Shown: one piece after another, positions 27,140-40,885 of the stretch
How the letters are laid out: each line of letters starts with the position of its first letter
Numbering within the stretch: the first letter of the stretch is position 1
Assembly (NCBI GenBank): GCA_904063045.1
Contig: CAJFCJ010000013.1
Coordinates: 1 to 64,000, forward strand
Direction of reading: 5' to 3'
Source: Dimorphilus gyrociliatus
Taxonomy: Eukaryota; Animalia; Annelida
Length of the DNA: 64,000 bases
Notes under the pieces: model-generated
Told to the model about the DNA's origin: nothing
The model's database searches: none
Seen by the model: only the letters and a program-made list of their open reading frames with translations
Position numbers and translations under genes: made by a program

Positions 27140-29109
27140 TCATTCTTCGTCCAACAATTCATATTCAATAGCACTGTCTTCACTGTCTGAAAGCATTTGT
27201 ATATTGAAACCTTGCAATTTTATCCGCTGTATTGGCACTAGTGAGACTTTAGATTGCAATGGAGATTCATCCAGTTTACAATGAGTACCATTAGGCGGTG
27301 ATTTTTTATTTTGATTTTTTGATTCCTTTATTTTAGTGTCTCTATTTTCTGTCTCTGCTTCTAGCACTACCCCATAATCATCGATCATGTTACTATAAGT
27401 AGCACTAAGTGGGCTATAATTTGAACTTTCTGTTTTAGCAGCTTTTGCAGCAGAAGACCATTTTGTTAAATTTTCCATAGCTCTGAACTCTCTGTCTGTG
27501 TCTGATTCTATATCTTGGTCAGTACTTGAACGATCAATTAAATTTTCATGAACATTAAAAGTCGTATTACCAGAGCCAGTTCTATTGGTATCAGCATCTG
27601 AATAAGTATCTGAATGTGAATAGTCATCATTCAAATTTGAATTGCTTCCAAAAGCGTTATCCGCTTGCGTATTTCTTTGCGAACTTTTCGGTTTTGCGTT
27701 TGAAAAAGTATTGATTTCAAACTTATCAATTCCAAATTTGTTGGACCTGTCCGAAATTTTACCATCATTGGTCTCGTTTTGAGAATCCAAATCGCTTGTC
27801 ATCTCATAATATACCTATTTAAAATTTATTTTGAAATTAATCAAATCAAATTTTTAATTTGATATAAATATAACTTACTTTCGGACATGGAACGTTCCAA
27901 GTCATGTATTTCGAAGAAGAATCCGAGTCGTCACAATCGTCTGCATTGTCTGCTTGCTCATTCGTTTCGGACAAAACCGGCTTTGCATTTGTCAATCGAG
28001 ATATCGTTTTAATTAGCTTTTCGTTATTGGTTTTGCTAAACCAGGTATCTTCTTCAGTTGATGTATAGGGACTTTTATTTTCCTGTAAGAGTCAAATAAT
28101 GGTTAATGATATCTTTAAATATACTTTTGATTTTGAATAAATATAGCTAATAGGGGAATGTAAAATATTAACACTCAGATAAGAAGGTTGAGGCATTGGA
28201 GCAGCGTTCGAATTTGAATCAGCAGGAGAGTTTAACGTTTCATTTTGAGAATACAAGTCTGAAGTATTGTCTAACTCTAAAATAGAGCAGGAGAATGGGT
28301 CAGATCCGGCATTTAAATGAATATCTGCATTCGCTATGACTTCAGATTTTGAAATAGAGGCAACGTTTGAATCAGTGTTCAAGAGTAAATTGGATTCTGA
28401 ATTATTGTCCTCTTTCGCGCCAAGCTCAGCATTTCCAAAGCTAGATATATTTTCCTCTGAACTTTCAACGTCACTTGTTCCATTTGGAGAAAAAATGTTG
28501 TTTGTAATGTTCATTTCCTGTGAAAACAATTTTTGATTTAGTTTAGCATGTACTTTATAAAAAACAGCTTAAAGATAATTTTAATGTAGAACTTACTCTG
28601 GCAATTATCTCAAAAGACTTAAACCTGTCGTCTACAGTTCGTGGTCCATTTCTTTTAGCTTCAGCTAATTTTTCCCTTTCCTCTCTTAACGTTTCAAGAT
28701 TAATAGTCAACGGAGTAAAGATATCGTCAACGCTATTATCTTCTTCTGGATTCTCATTAGAAAATATTGACTCTTCGGGTAGATTTAACTTGTCGTCATT
28801 GTCTTGTAGAATTTCCTTACCAAACCACTTTAGATCATCTTTTCCCAAAGTAAACAATTTATTTTTCTTACCATCTGGTTTACAAAGTAATTTCATAGCT
28901 CCAAGACTATCAGTCAATGTGTCGATAAGAGATTGGGAAGAGGTGTTTATACTTTTTCGAGAGTTTTCTCCTTCTTCGTCTTTCAGGTTCCAATTAAGTG
29001 ACGGTAGTAGAACATCTGACGGGAATTTTTTAACCACTGGTTCGTTTTTCTCAGATGGTTCAGAATTATTTGACGGCAAATCTTCCGGTGTATTTTTGCA
29101 TGAAGCCAT
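27140..29109 (-). CDS. Large S/N/D/E-rich, probably disordered protein; exons 29109-28597, 28517-28125, 28082-27879, 27814-27140 (~594 aa from this Met; may extend upstream)
   Basis: Three track ORFs plus one unlisted exon join through phase-0 GT-AG introns. One intron (28083-28124) is only 42 nt, so that junction is uncertain. Confidence 0.65.
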
Positions 29110-30566
29110 AATGACGCTTCAATTTAAGATATGAAGAAATAGTTATTGAAACTTTTAGTTTTTAGTTTAGTTATATATATATATATATTATTATATAAAG
29201 TATATATGTGTATAAATATTTCAATTTTCAAAAAACATACTTACAATTTCAGCGAAAGGACGTTGTTTACCAACCGAGTTCCAAAAAGCAAATAAACAAT
29301 ACAGTTAATGCTAAACCCTATTTGTACTTTTGGGTAAATTCTTGATAACTACTCAATAATTTAGTATTAAATAATAGGCCTTTATCTAATTTTTCCAAAT
29401 AATAATTATTAAATTCATTTTTTTCCTGCATAAAAAACAGTAAAAACTTAAATTTTACAGTTTTACTCAACAATGAGAGTAGGCTTTGCTATGCGAAAAA
29501 GTTTGGACTGTTTCCCTTATCTCTTAGAGTATTCTCTTGAATACCTAATCCCAATTCTACATTCGTTTTTACAGTCATTTGAACATCAGACGCTTTGAAA
29601 CATAAGCCGAGATAGATCAATTTTAGCTGATTAATTTAAATCTTCTTTCTCAATCATTCGCGGAAAAAAGTAAAGCTTTAAAAAATTCTTCATAAGCAAG
29701 CACGTGGTTTTGATATATACAGTACACTCCTCTTGTCCAAATTTTAATTCATTTCAAAGCTAAATTTGTTTCAACCTATGTATTTTATATTTGTGAATCA
29801 AACTGATTATCTAATAGTAGATCTGATTGAGATTTTTTGCATTTCAAACAACATTTTCATAAATACTCGCTTTATCGCTCTTTTAAAAATTAAGTATTTT
29901 AATTTCTTATTATATTATTGATCACACCATTGAAAATTAATTTTAATAGTTTAGATATTAAGTAATACAAAATTAAGTGAAGAAAACGTAAATTTGCAGA
30001 TAGTATGCTTCACACTGCATATCGGCCATTGTTATTTGGGAAAGACACACTGGTTTTAACTTTTTCCATTTGCGTTAACATACCGTACACGCAGATATCA
30101 ACAAAAAATTCTATTAAAAAATTTCAACCTCACTATCTTTAATTGGCTAGAAGTTCGCTGAAAACATCCAAGAAGAAATATTCTTTTGATTGATTCTTAA
30201 TTATATACAACGATGAATTGATTCTAAACCGTGCAAGGGAAATTCTCATAAGAAAAGCTTTAGATAAAACTTTCCAGATTATCATGGAAATATGAGAAAG
30301 TTTCAACTTATTCATAATCAGAGTAATGTAAACAAAAAGATTATAATTTGAAACCAATTCAATCGATCTCATCGACTTGTGTAAAAATTTTTGGTAACGA
30401 TAAACTGCAAATGCAAGATAATCGAACGTAAAAAGAAAATGAGAAGAGAAAAATAGAAGAGACAGCCTCATATTAATATCTTAATGATATTTGTTTATAT
30501 TGATTAAATATAATTTACGTGATTGTTGTAGAAAAATGAGACAAATTTGATTTAAATGACAGTTTA

Positions 30567-31114
30567 TTAATCTTCGACGCGATCAGTTCGATTAGCTTTC
30601 ATATCCTGATTGATCAAAGTTCGAATATAGTTAGCAGCTTTTTGAGTTTGATCCTTCTCGCCCTCTATATAAAATTTATTGTCTTTCATCAAATCAAATG
30701 GTGTTACTTGAACTGCATACTTCTTCTCGACCAAGACGAGATTATCCAAAACAAACTTGAAGTAGTTCATTGGAACGTAAATAAGCTTATTACCGCCTTC
30801 CAGTTCTCGAAAGCGTTTAACTATTTCTATTATTTGATTCTTAAATTTTTGTAATTCTCCCATATCTAATTCGGCCGCTATCGCGTATCGCCCATCCAAA
30901 AGTACTTTAAACAAGTCAACTTGAATGCTCAGGCCTAAATCGCTAACCCAACTACCATCGCCTAAAATGAAGTTGTATCAGTATTAATATGTAGCTTTTT
31001 TGCTGAAGTTAGCATATTTTACTTACTAGTTTGTTCCAATATGAAGTCAACAATCTCCTCCAATGGAAACACAATATAAATCATCGGTTTCGAAATGATA
31101 ATTCGAAGATCCAT
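30567..31114 (-). CDS. Degenerate tandem-KH-like family member 7, exons 31114-31027 and 30961-30567, 160 aa
   Basis: IYIVFPLEEIVDFILEQT + phase-1 intron (gtaagt); LIYVPMNYFKFVLDNLVLVEKKYAVQV..FYIEGEKDQTQKAANYIRTLI. Confidence 0.78.
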
Positions 31115-31890
31115 AATAAGTACCACGTAGGAGCTTTGGAACACAACCAGAAACTCTTTCAACTGAATAAGTTGAAAGTCTATGACTATGTGAGTAACAT
31201 TACTATACTAACGTTTTAATGCTAAAACTAGAATGGAATAGGTGTCCCCATTTATTTAGATATATTAAAATACTCAATATAACTAATAATACCTATTTCA
31301 AACAAGTCATTTTATTCACCCATTTCATAAATAGCAATTTTTTTAAAGTTCCTTATTCTTTGTGTAGCTAAATTTCTCTTGATTTATAAATATTCACTCT
31401 GCATTCTTTACAAAGGTCTTCTGGGAATATTGCTGTTTTTATATCACATATCACGTGCTAAGATGAGTAGGGTTGAATGAAGCCAATGAAAAATATGTTA
31501 CATTTAAAAAAAATTCAATCTGAACCCCCTTAAACTGTATCCGAAAAGGTTAGATAGAGCATATCATGATAAGGTCCAAAAACAGTTAAGAATAATCTAG
31601 TGCGAACTAACATTTATGCTCATGGAATACATTATTGAACGATGTCACCCGAGAGTTGTAATTAAACAATATCAACTAAGTATCTTCAATCACTCAATGC
31701 TGCTTTAAAAAATAGTAGTTACAATAGAAATATGCAAAGTGTATTTGGATAAATTCCAGTCGTTTAAATTCTTTACTTCATACATACACATAATAGAAAT
31801 GCAAAAATTTTCCATTACCAAAGTAACTACTTATTTAGTGAAGTATACGTATATTACATAGATGAACAATAAGTCAATGTTAACTTATCA

Positions 31891-32953
31891 TTAAATTTCC
31901 AAATTTTCCGAGACCTTATCTTCTTCTGTTACGTCTTCTGGGAGCCACTCTGGCTTGCCACATAGGGGGTGGTCTTTGTTCCGTTCCATCATCTTTATCA
32001 ACGAAATATAGTTAGTGGAACTGTGGGATTTGATATTATAACAAAAAATTTCCTTACCAGGTGAGTCAATCAGTGCAAGTACTAAACCGACAAGACAAGA
32101 ATAATATGAGCCTATGATTAGTTTATGATTTATGGTAGCAGGGCTGATAAATTTATAAAAGTTGAAGAAAAAGTCGCATATTATGCAAAAAAGACTCGTA
32201 ATGCATATAAGAAAATTGCTCCATTTCCATTTATGATTGAAATCACGAAAACTAATGCCAGCTTTGAAGAGGACTGCCCCAATTAGAGAACAATAGATCA
32301 CTCCAATGGATATAATTTTTGTCTGTTGATTAAACGAAAGGTCTTTTCTTTAGCAATAAATACGTACCCGTTACAATAACCTAACCTTAACAAGGGGATA
32401 AAAAGTTATGAATATCGCCGAAAAGATCATTATGCCACTGAGAGAATTTTTCCATCCTCGACTTTTATAAATGAGGGCCTTACTAAAACTGCAGAAAGAC
32501 ACCCCAAAAAGAAACATACCAAAAACAATACCGTTGATATTATTCAAATCGTAGCACGATTCCCCTACAACAGTACATAAGATGCCTTGTAAAATACATT
32601 TAGTATAACAGTAGCTGTCCATGTAGTTGATTTTCTTCGCTGGTAAAATGAGGGCTAGAATGCAAATTGGAATTACATTCAATTTTCCAGGAAGTATGCT
32701 TTTGAACTGTTCACTTTTGGCAGTCGTGAAAATGAAGTAGATAGTCATAACTTTAAAAAGAGGAGACATGCCGAACTCAGATAATCTTTGAACCTAAAAA
32801 GTATTAAAAACAGTTTCATCAAAATTTTAAAAGAAGTTTTTGGTCGCGAGCGTTATTTATCAGAATTTGGAAATTTCCAAAGAATAATTCTAAAAAACAA
32901 CTGAATAAACTCACTGGAGCTGGCCGTCTTCGAATACTTCGTACTCTTGGCAT
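31891..32953 (-). CDS. Highly divergent TMEM86/YhhN paralog (copy C), exons 32953-32915, 32793-32386, 32322-31891, 292 aa
   Basis: Same two phase-0 intron positions as copies A and B. SPLFKVMTIYFIF ~ VPFFKTVTIYFVL; GILCTVVGES ~ GLLFSAFGDA; FCIICD ~ FFVISD; HKLIIGSYY..LALIDS ~ HQLIMSTYY..LSVIDS. Confidence 0.8.
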
Positions 32954-33851
32954 AATTCTCAGTAATTACTTTTGAAATAGTCAAAAGATATGAAAAGCCT
33001 GAAAAGAAAAATGGTTTTTTAGAGTTATAAATACTGAAAAATAGTTACATGAAGTTTCTTGATCGTTGATTGGCGGAAATTTGAAACTTTTTATAGCCTA
33101 CTAGGCAAACAATTAAATATGGCGTCTGTTAAATTTGAGGGACGTCCATTTTTAATTAATTTACTAGTATATAGCTATCCATTGAAATATAGAGTAGTGT
33201 TGAAACTTGTGTTTCTAATATCGAACATTCCCTCAAACATATCCTCAAACTCGAAGAACTATCTCTCAAAAAGTAAAAAAATAGACACAGTCTCAAAAGG
33301 AAATCATCGCTTACATAAAGAAAAGTTATAAAAAGTAAGTAGAATTATGCAATATTAAAAACAAATGAAAAAAAACTGATAACAATAGGAAAAGATTATT
33401 CGAATGTTTAAATATCGGTATCATAAAGAAAAAATATAGGTAGCAAATAGAGTTTATTTTAATATTAGAAGTAAATCTATAAGAAGTCCGTTCTCGCTTT
33501 GTGAAAACTGAAGTTATACTGTGTGGATTAGTTTATTAAATTTTTCAAATACTGATATTTATAACAGAAATAGAGCCATATATTAACTGAAATTCCCTCG
33601 AGTTATCTTCTAGTTGTTAAGTTTGGAAGAAAAAATAGAATATTAATAAAAAGACCCTAATTATTTTTGTACAAGCGAAATCATGAACTATCTTTTTTGG
33701 CACATTTCCATGCTAATAGCTATTCATCAATTTATGTTTTTTTTTATCTGGTATTACATGAATTATTTTGTATAGTGAACTGTCATTTTAATACGTTGTT
33801 TAGGAGGCCTAAATCCTATTAAGCAACTGCTCTATACAAGTAAAAACAACG

Positions 33852-33852
<1 letters not shown>

Positions 33853-33883
<31 letters not shown>

Positions 33884-33960
33884 TGTATAATACTAATATA
33901 TATACTGTACATACTGTATATATACATACTGTATATATACATACTGTATATATACATACT
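33853..33960. repeat. (TA)n followed by a 15-bp tandem repeat ATACTGTATATATAC x~3.3 (33911-33960)
   Basis: Read directly. Confidence 0.9.
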
Positions 33961-36762
33961 CTATAAATATATTTTATTGTTGTTTACTATCATATTGAGG
34001 AGAAAAATTTTATATAAGAAAATATTTAAAAGATAAAATAATGCATGTTAATCGAAATTCTATAAAGATAAGATTCAATGCCAAAATATTCTGCTAACTT
34101 ATTACATTACGTTTTAACAGTCAATCCAGAATCTTCACTATATAAGCTTAAGTCAATAATCTATCATCAAAATTAAAATGTAAACGGATAAACTGATTAT
34201 CGTTTCTTTAAGATTTTAAACTTCTGTTATATTCGGCTATTTTCTTCAGAATTTAATGAATATATTTTCTATTGCTTTGTTTATTGGATGAAGACACCAA
34301 GCAGTTCTACATGAATTTAGCAATGAACACTGTGATTATTTTACCGCTCTGAGGCTAACAAACTTTTCATTGATGGATTGATTACTAAAGTTTCAAGTCA
34401 AAATGCATCGAAAAATTTTTCATCAAAAGACTTACCTCCAGATAAAGTGTTTTGAACTGGTTGAAAGAAAACAGGAAAATTAAAGATAAAAAGATTGGAG
34501 ATTGGGTGAAGAAGTTATAAACTGAGTTAAAGCTACGTCTAAGAAGAAGAAACTGGCTAATTTACAAAGAACCTTACAAAAAAGAAACTAAAAACTCTCT
34601 ATATACACTTACCTGTGGATGATCCATTCTTTGTAATAAGAGGAATATTAACGGAATCCTATTTCGTTTATACTTTTTATGAAAGCAAGAAAGTTTCAAA
34701 GTTTTTGGAAGTCATTCCCTCATATACCTAGACTCATGTGTGACCTAATATGAATTGCATTATAGATTATTGTATGATATTAGATACTGGAAAAATTGAC
34801 AGGATGATAAAAGACGGTTCGTAAACGTTACTTAAGATTGCTGATGAAATTTACTTTAAAATTGATCCGTCTTCACAGAAATCAGTTTAAAAATTAAAAT
34901 ACAGATTATTGTAATCAGTTGCCGACGAAAAAATAGAAAATATATATAAATCAAATCTGTTGAGATACTGTACTTTATAACGTTCTGATTGGTTCATTGT
35001 TTAAAGTAATTTTAGCAAAAAATCTTTGCAAAATGAAAGTGCTAAAATAAAAATAATGTTCACGGATATAATATTGAAATTATTTAAGGATACTTTAAGG
35101 TTGAAAAATATTCGTCTTGAGATTAAGTGGAAAGTCATTAATATATTTCGTCCATAGCAGAGAACATTTAAAGAGTTAATTATAAGTTTCCAAATTCATT
35201 GAAACCACTTAATTAATATGCTTTATTACACTATTAAGTATAATTAATTTTTATATTTTCATAAAATTATTATAATTTATTGTATTTAGCCAGATATTTG
35301 AAATTATTTACATGAAAAGATGTGAAATATCATTCTGAAGATGTAAAAAGGATAATTCAGCGGAATGCTAAAATATTGAGTAAAAAGAAGAAACACTTAT
35401 CTTGACTGAAGCTCAATAAATAGCATTACTTTGATAACCGTGTGTTTAATTGAGTATTTACAAGCAAGTTCCTATCCTCACTATCTTGTCAATGAATAAT
35501 TTACGTTTTTATTTGAATAGGAAGAGGAAAAAATTAACTGTGAGAAGAAACAACAATTATAATAATTCATTAGCTTTATATTTGTACTAAAATTGTTTAT
35601 TTTTGTGTATATGTTGTTATTCTTCTCCTTTTGGAATTTATGAATAAAAATTCCTTCAGTAGAGAAGATTTATTTAATACTCCTAATAAAGAGATTCAGT
35701 GACGGTTATGTAAAAATTACTTTATGTCAGTCTGATGATTGAGAATATGTTGATCATTTAAAATTAGATCTTAATATTGTGAATGTCTAGCATAGTGATA
35801 AGCTTCATAAAATGAATCGAGTTTTTCCTTTACAAAAGAATAGGTCATTGCTAAAAAATAGTCATCGTTTATCTTATTGTAGTGGACAAAACTCTTAGAA
35901 AAGAAGCTTTAAAAAAATCTTTAAATCGGCGAAGAAACGATAGACGAACATAAAATAAAAACCATTCTTCGAAAAACTCAAATTTAAATTCTATCACAAG
36001 AGAATTATGAATAATTAAAAAATATGTACTTTAGATATTCAGTAAGATGAGATATAAACGTCTAATTAATCTTGGAATAAAGAACGGTAGAGAGGATAGA
36101 TTTATGTACCGAGAATATTTCAGAATGTGTAGCGTTTTTTTTTAGAAAAGAGTTTCTTTTATAAAAAAGAACATTCTCTTTCAGAATAAACTCAAGGTTA
36201 GTAGTTTGGAGATTTTCTTGTTTTTAAAAGTTGCTTGAAAATTTTTAACGCTTATATTAGTCAGATTTTAATCTACAAATAACGAACAAAACAACAGTCT
36301 AAATTCTTTGCATAATAGCTTAGTCCTTGGTCTTTGATTGCTGATTAATGTTGTGAAAATAAAAAAAAACATATTTTTTATGTTTTAATTGTTTCGAGGG
36401 TGTAACCATGGAGGTCTAATGAATATTTCGCGTCGTTTAACGACCTTGAACTCATCCAAAAAACTTTCACACAGAACTCTATTACATTATCTAGCAGGTA
36501 GGGAAGTATTGCTTTTTCTATTAAGACTTACAATTTTAATGCTTTTTCGAAGAAAAGTTAATAATTTTGCATACTAGTTTAATTCTCTGCCTTTAATTAT
36601 GATGTTCCATTTGGAATAAATTGCTTTTTTTTATTTTATTCTATATTATCGAGCACTTCCCTCGTTCAGTAATTAATAAAAGACAAGTAATTTCGATTTA
36701 TTTTAAACAGTTTATAGAAAAGGTATAAAAAAAAAGAAAAACCTTAAAACAAAAAGAAAATT

Positions 36763-37334
36763 ATGGCTTATGTAAGAAGAAGAATGCATTACACTGAACA
36801 AAGATATACTACAAATGAGGAAATAGAAGCTGCCTACGTGGCTGACCATTGGCACAGCGACCCCGGAAAATTTGGTAATTAATTTATAATTTAAGAAAAA
36901 TTTAAAATATGTCTCTTTCTATATATGAATTTATCAACGTTCCACATTAAAATGTTTTAGGATTTGCGGTTATTAGCGATCGGCTTCGTCAAATGGAGGT
37001 TTACAACGACTGCAATCTTGTTATTGGTGAAGTTCCAGAAGATCTGATTGAGGCTTTTTACGTTTATGCTGATAGACTGAAGATGCATTTCTCATTTTAT
37101 CAAACGATTACGGTCTACTGCGTGCCACAAGGAACGTTGCCGTTTGTTATGAGAGAAGAACCAGCTATAAGGCAATTTCTCAATGTTTCAATTGAAGTTG
37201 TCAATCCCTGTGTTTTCAGTCGCGTTTTATTACGGGGAACTTTACGTAATATTAAAAAATCGATCGCTCATATCGAAATTATACTATTTCAAGTTTGGAA
37301 ATCAAAGAGCATTTATCCAAATTTCTTCATCTAG
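36763..37334 (+). CDS. Degenerate tandem-KH-like family member 8, exons 36763-36874 and 36961-37334, 161 aa
   Basis: Phase-1 intron after exon 1; YCVPQGTLPFVM..LNVSI..RVLLRGTLRNIKKSIAHIEIIL is clearly paralogous to the 47632 gene (YYLPMGTLDAVM..FHVSI..RVILFGHKHNIKKAISHIEGII). Confidence 0.78.
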
Positions 37335-37636
37335 CGCCATCTTGTGATTGGATTGAATATTAAAGTTTAGGCATGCTTTCATAAAAATAAGCGGTTGAAT
37401 TAATAACTATTTGATATATTATCTTGTGCATTATATTAATCTTTTTCGTTAGTCTGATAATTCGTACAAATATTTTGTTTCTTATGAACGTTATTTGTGT
37501 TTTCTAAGATATCGTATATAAAATGGGAATGGGGTATTGTAATAAAAATCTTTGCGGGCTTATTACGAATAGAATTGTCTATAGAATTGCATGCACTATC
37601 GAAATCCTGAAAATTATCTTGATATTTCTGTAAATT

Positions 37637-38548
37637 ATGGAAGAAAATTTTGACCTATTAAACAGACAGATTAAAGTTAATTTCAATTTGCTTCAACAGG
37701 TGTCTCAGCATGTAGTTTTTGAAATGTACTCAAGAAAGCTTTAAAAGAAGAGCCGATTTTGCTGCAATTTACTTCTGCTGTTGGAATGGCCGGGTAAGTA
37801 CTAGTAAAATTTTTTTATATTATAAATAGTAATTTTATATTCTTAATTTTCAACTTCTTTTCTCCAACCAGACCAATCCAGAATATTCCAGATAGCAAAA
37901 CAACAACTGTTTAGTTTGAGCATGCTTGCCCCCACAGTTCGTCTCAGCCAATATAACTACAATTTCCTGACGGTTTAGGCAAAATTCCTTCGTTTTATAG
38001 GTAAGTTGTGTTTCGTTGAATGTTTTTGCATACTAATGTATTTACTTTTTGTTTATTTTTTTCCCCTTTTAGACGTAGTCTTACATCAAACTCTGAGTGA
38101 GTATTGTTAATTTTTCACTATTCATATTTGTTTACTAATGGTATATTAATTTCTTTATTACAGGCACAAACCTTCCGATTAACACTACTGTATAAATCGT
38201 AAAATTATCAACTGAAACAATGACTAGCGGCAGACTCCAACATTCTGTTAAATATTCGTTTTGCAGGTATGTAGTTTCAACATAGAAAAAGAGATTGTAC
38301 TTTTTATACGTCTACTTTGAATTATTCTAGTTTACCTGACGGACTGGAGTGAACGAAAGTGTGGTTGGACAAGAGGGCAAAATTAAAGAGTTGCTGTTTT
38401 ATACATTATCTGGCATAATGTAAGATAATTTTTCGCATGTTAAAACTGTTTTTAACATGTTTTATTGTTTAAAATTAGGAAAAGATGCTATCGTAAGTGA
38501 ATGGGACGGGGAAGAGTCTTCCTCGGAAGAGATTTCAGCAGACTGACG
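37637..38548 (+). pseudogene. Six-exon spliced unit with no intact ORF (pseudogene or lncRNA)
   Basis: Donors at 37794, 38001, 38097, 38267 and 38420, each paired with a polypyrimidine acceptor. One frame carried through all junctions contains six internal stops. Confidence 0.45.
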
Positions 38549-39336
38549 CATAGATATTTTAAGGTTGTAAAAAATATAAGAGATTTTTTTTAAAACTTCA
38601 TTATATTTTGTTTTCTGCGTACAGAAATTAATTTTTATCAACTATGAATAATTACCGAAAAACTAGCACGAATATTCAAACATGACAAGCAAATATACAA
38701 CGAGACGGTTAAGAAATAGTTTTTAATTATGTGTATCTATGCGTTTCTTATGATAAAAATTTTTTAAACAAGTTTCACTTGATCTGTGGCGTTTAATTTT
38801 TTTAAATGGTTGTGAATGTTTGTGTTGAGAAATTTTAAAATTATCATTTACTTGACTTTTAATTAAAAAACGCCGCATAAAAACGTAATTTCGTTTTTTT
38901 AATTTTTAATACAAGAAAAAAAAACAAACAAATTCGTTTTTATCATTATCATTAGACAGGTTGAGGGCAATCGGCTAGTTTTTCATACGAATCATACATA
39001 TAATTAGTTAAAGATAGATGAAAAGACTCGATTAAACACTTACGTTTTTTATTTCTTCGACTCTTTGTACTTGAGGGAAAAAATTGGCAGGTTGCAATGG
39101 TGATAGACGGCTTTTACTCTGAATCTGTACCTTATTAATATTCATATGACGGCGTCTACCAATCGTCGTCGATGTTGGGTGTCAACGTCGCTTTTATCTT
39201 ATTTCATTTCGCAGAATAAATACGTTCGAGGAGGACAATCAGTCGACAGTAAGTCATTTTACGTGTTTCCTTAAATGCGTATCTGCTTGCGTTATTCTTA
39301 CGAAAGCGTCCACCTTGCATTAGATTTGAAGACATC

Positions 39337-40308
39337 ATGATTATCAGTATTCCGTATATTGGCCGTTTTCCCGTTCTGAGAGGAATGAAGACTTTTTTCG
39401 TGTTGACTTTCTTCTCGCTACCCCTACTGATAGGCAACCGCAACAAATTCGAGAACAATAAAGATTCTTTGCGTGAGTTTGTCTTTTGCTTTATTACATA
39501 GATTATAGAAAAATTGTTACTTTTGGCAGTCGCTCAGCAAGCATCGTTGAAATTTTACGCGGCACGGATTGGTATTAGCTCTGAGAAGATTAAAAATCTG
39601 AGAAAATCTGGGGTAAGTAAAGTTTATCTAATAAACTGAAAAGAGAATTCTGACTGGGAGACTCCCTTTGTTTTCATTCTATTGATCCTTTATGTATTGG
39701 GCTTAAGCCTAAAATTGTTACATTTAGACGCCCGCGGTCCCTCGACGTTCTTATTTTACTAAACATTTCATTATGATTCACGAATAGATTCTAGCTTTAT
39801 ATGATAATTATTCATTAAATCTTGTTAGAAAAGAGGACTCTGTTACATTTTTGTGCAGCAAAGAAGAATCGTCCTTAAATTTTTGTTATAATAAGAATTC
39901 TTTACAATTTATTTATTTACTTATGCAGATAATAGAATCGATGAAAACGGTTTTGACCACGCCTTTAAACTCATTCCTAGAGATTGTGGATGAAACTCAA
40001 GCTCTCCTAATCGTAGATCACGCTGAACTGTATGCCTTTCTGGTAATTATTACTCTATAATATCTGCTGATATATCGTTAATTTCAACATCAATATCATT
40101 TTTTCAGTATTTGGACGTTCTCTCATCTCCCGACTACGAATCGAACCACGACGATTCTGTTTCCGAAAAGGAAATTAGGAAATCGGATGGAAGTAAAACC
40201 AGCCTCAAAAGACAGATCAGACTAAAAAACTGGTGGAGAAAGAGAAGACAACGGAGAGCTAGAATTCTCCATTTGAATCGTATGAAGAAAATCTTTCGTG
40301 TAGACTAA
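39337..40308 (+). CDS. SAM-like domain + acidic + basic tail protein, paralog 1; exons 39337 (or 39385)-39472, 39530-39612, 39929-40042, 40108-40308
   Basis: Internal exons of 83 and 114 nt match paralog 2 in size and phase; AQQASLKFYAARIGISSEKIKNLRKSG|IIESMKTV. Confidence 0.75.
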
Positions 40309-40885
40309 TCGTTTAGATTCTTTATGTGTTTTACGTATCCTTATGATACTTACGATATTTATTATACTCTCACCTTCTCTTTCAATCTTTCTTAGATGCT
40401 TGCAACTATTCGCCTATTCAATTTTACATTTTCGTCTTTGGCTTTGTACTGTAGATTTTTAGAAATACAACCTTAGCTTTTGCAAACTCAATCCTCGTCT
40501 TGTCATTAATTATCTTTATCTAATTTATCTTATCTTTCTCTTTTCAAGAAGAAAGATAGATAATATCTTCTCCCTTTAGAAATGCAATAGGAGTATAAAT
40601 AAAATTGTTCAATTTTTTTTGTCCTTGTCCAGGCAATACTGGTGAAAGCGATTAAATCTACGTGTTTTTGAGTACTTAAGAAAGTCCTTGATTGCAGAGA
40701 AAATGAGTTAGATATGAACAAGGCATATGAAAGATATCATATATTTTGTCTTAATAAGGGAACATTCATACGAATAATAGATATATGCAAACATAAATAT
40801 ACAATATACATTTTCAATGGTAATGATTTTAGAAGCGAAAACGATGCAATAAGCACATGACTTTGTACACGCTATTCAATGTTCT

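Noticed and set aside
37794-38478. snoRNA-host-gene explanation for the ORF-less multi-exon unit
   Set aside because: Introns are short, AT-rich and show no box C/D or H/ACA motifs by eye
3430-38548. Alternative genetic code (stop-codon reassignment) to explain protein-like frames with scattered stops
   Set aside because: Conserved genes here (TMEM86, plastin) have no internal stops, and intact models end in TAA, TAG or TGA; decay explains the relics better
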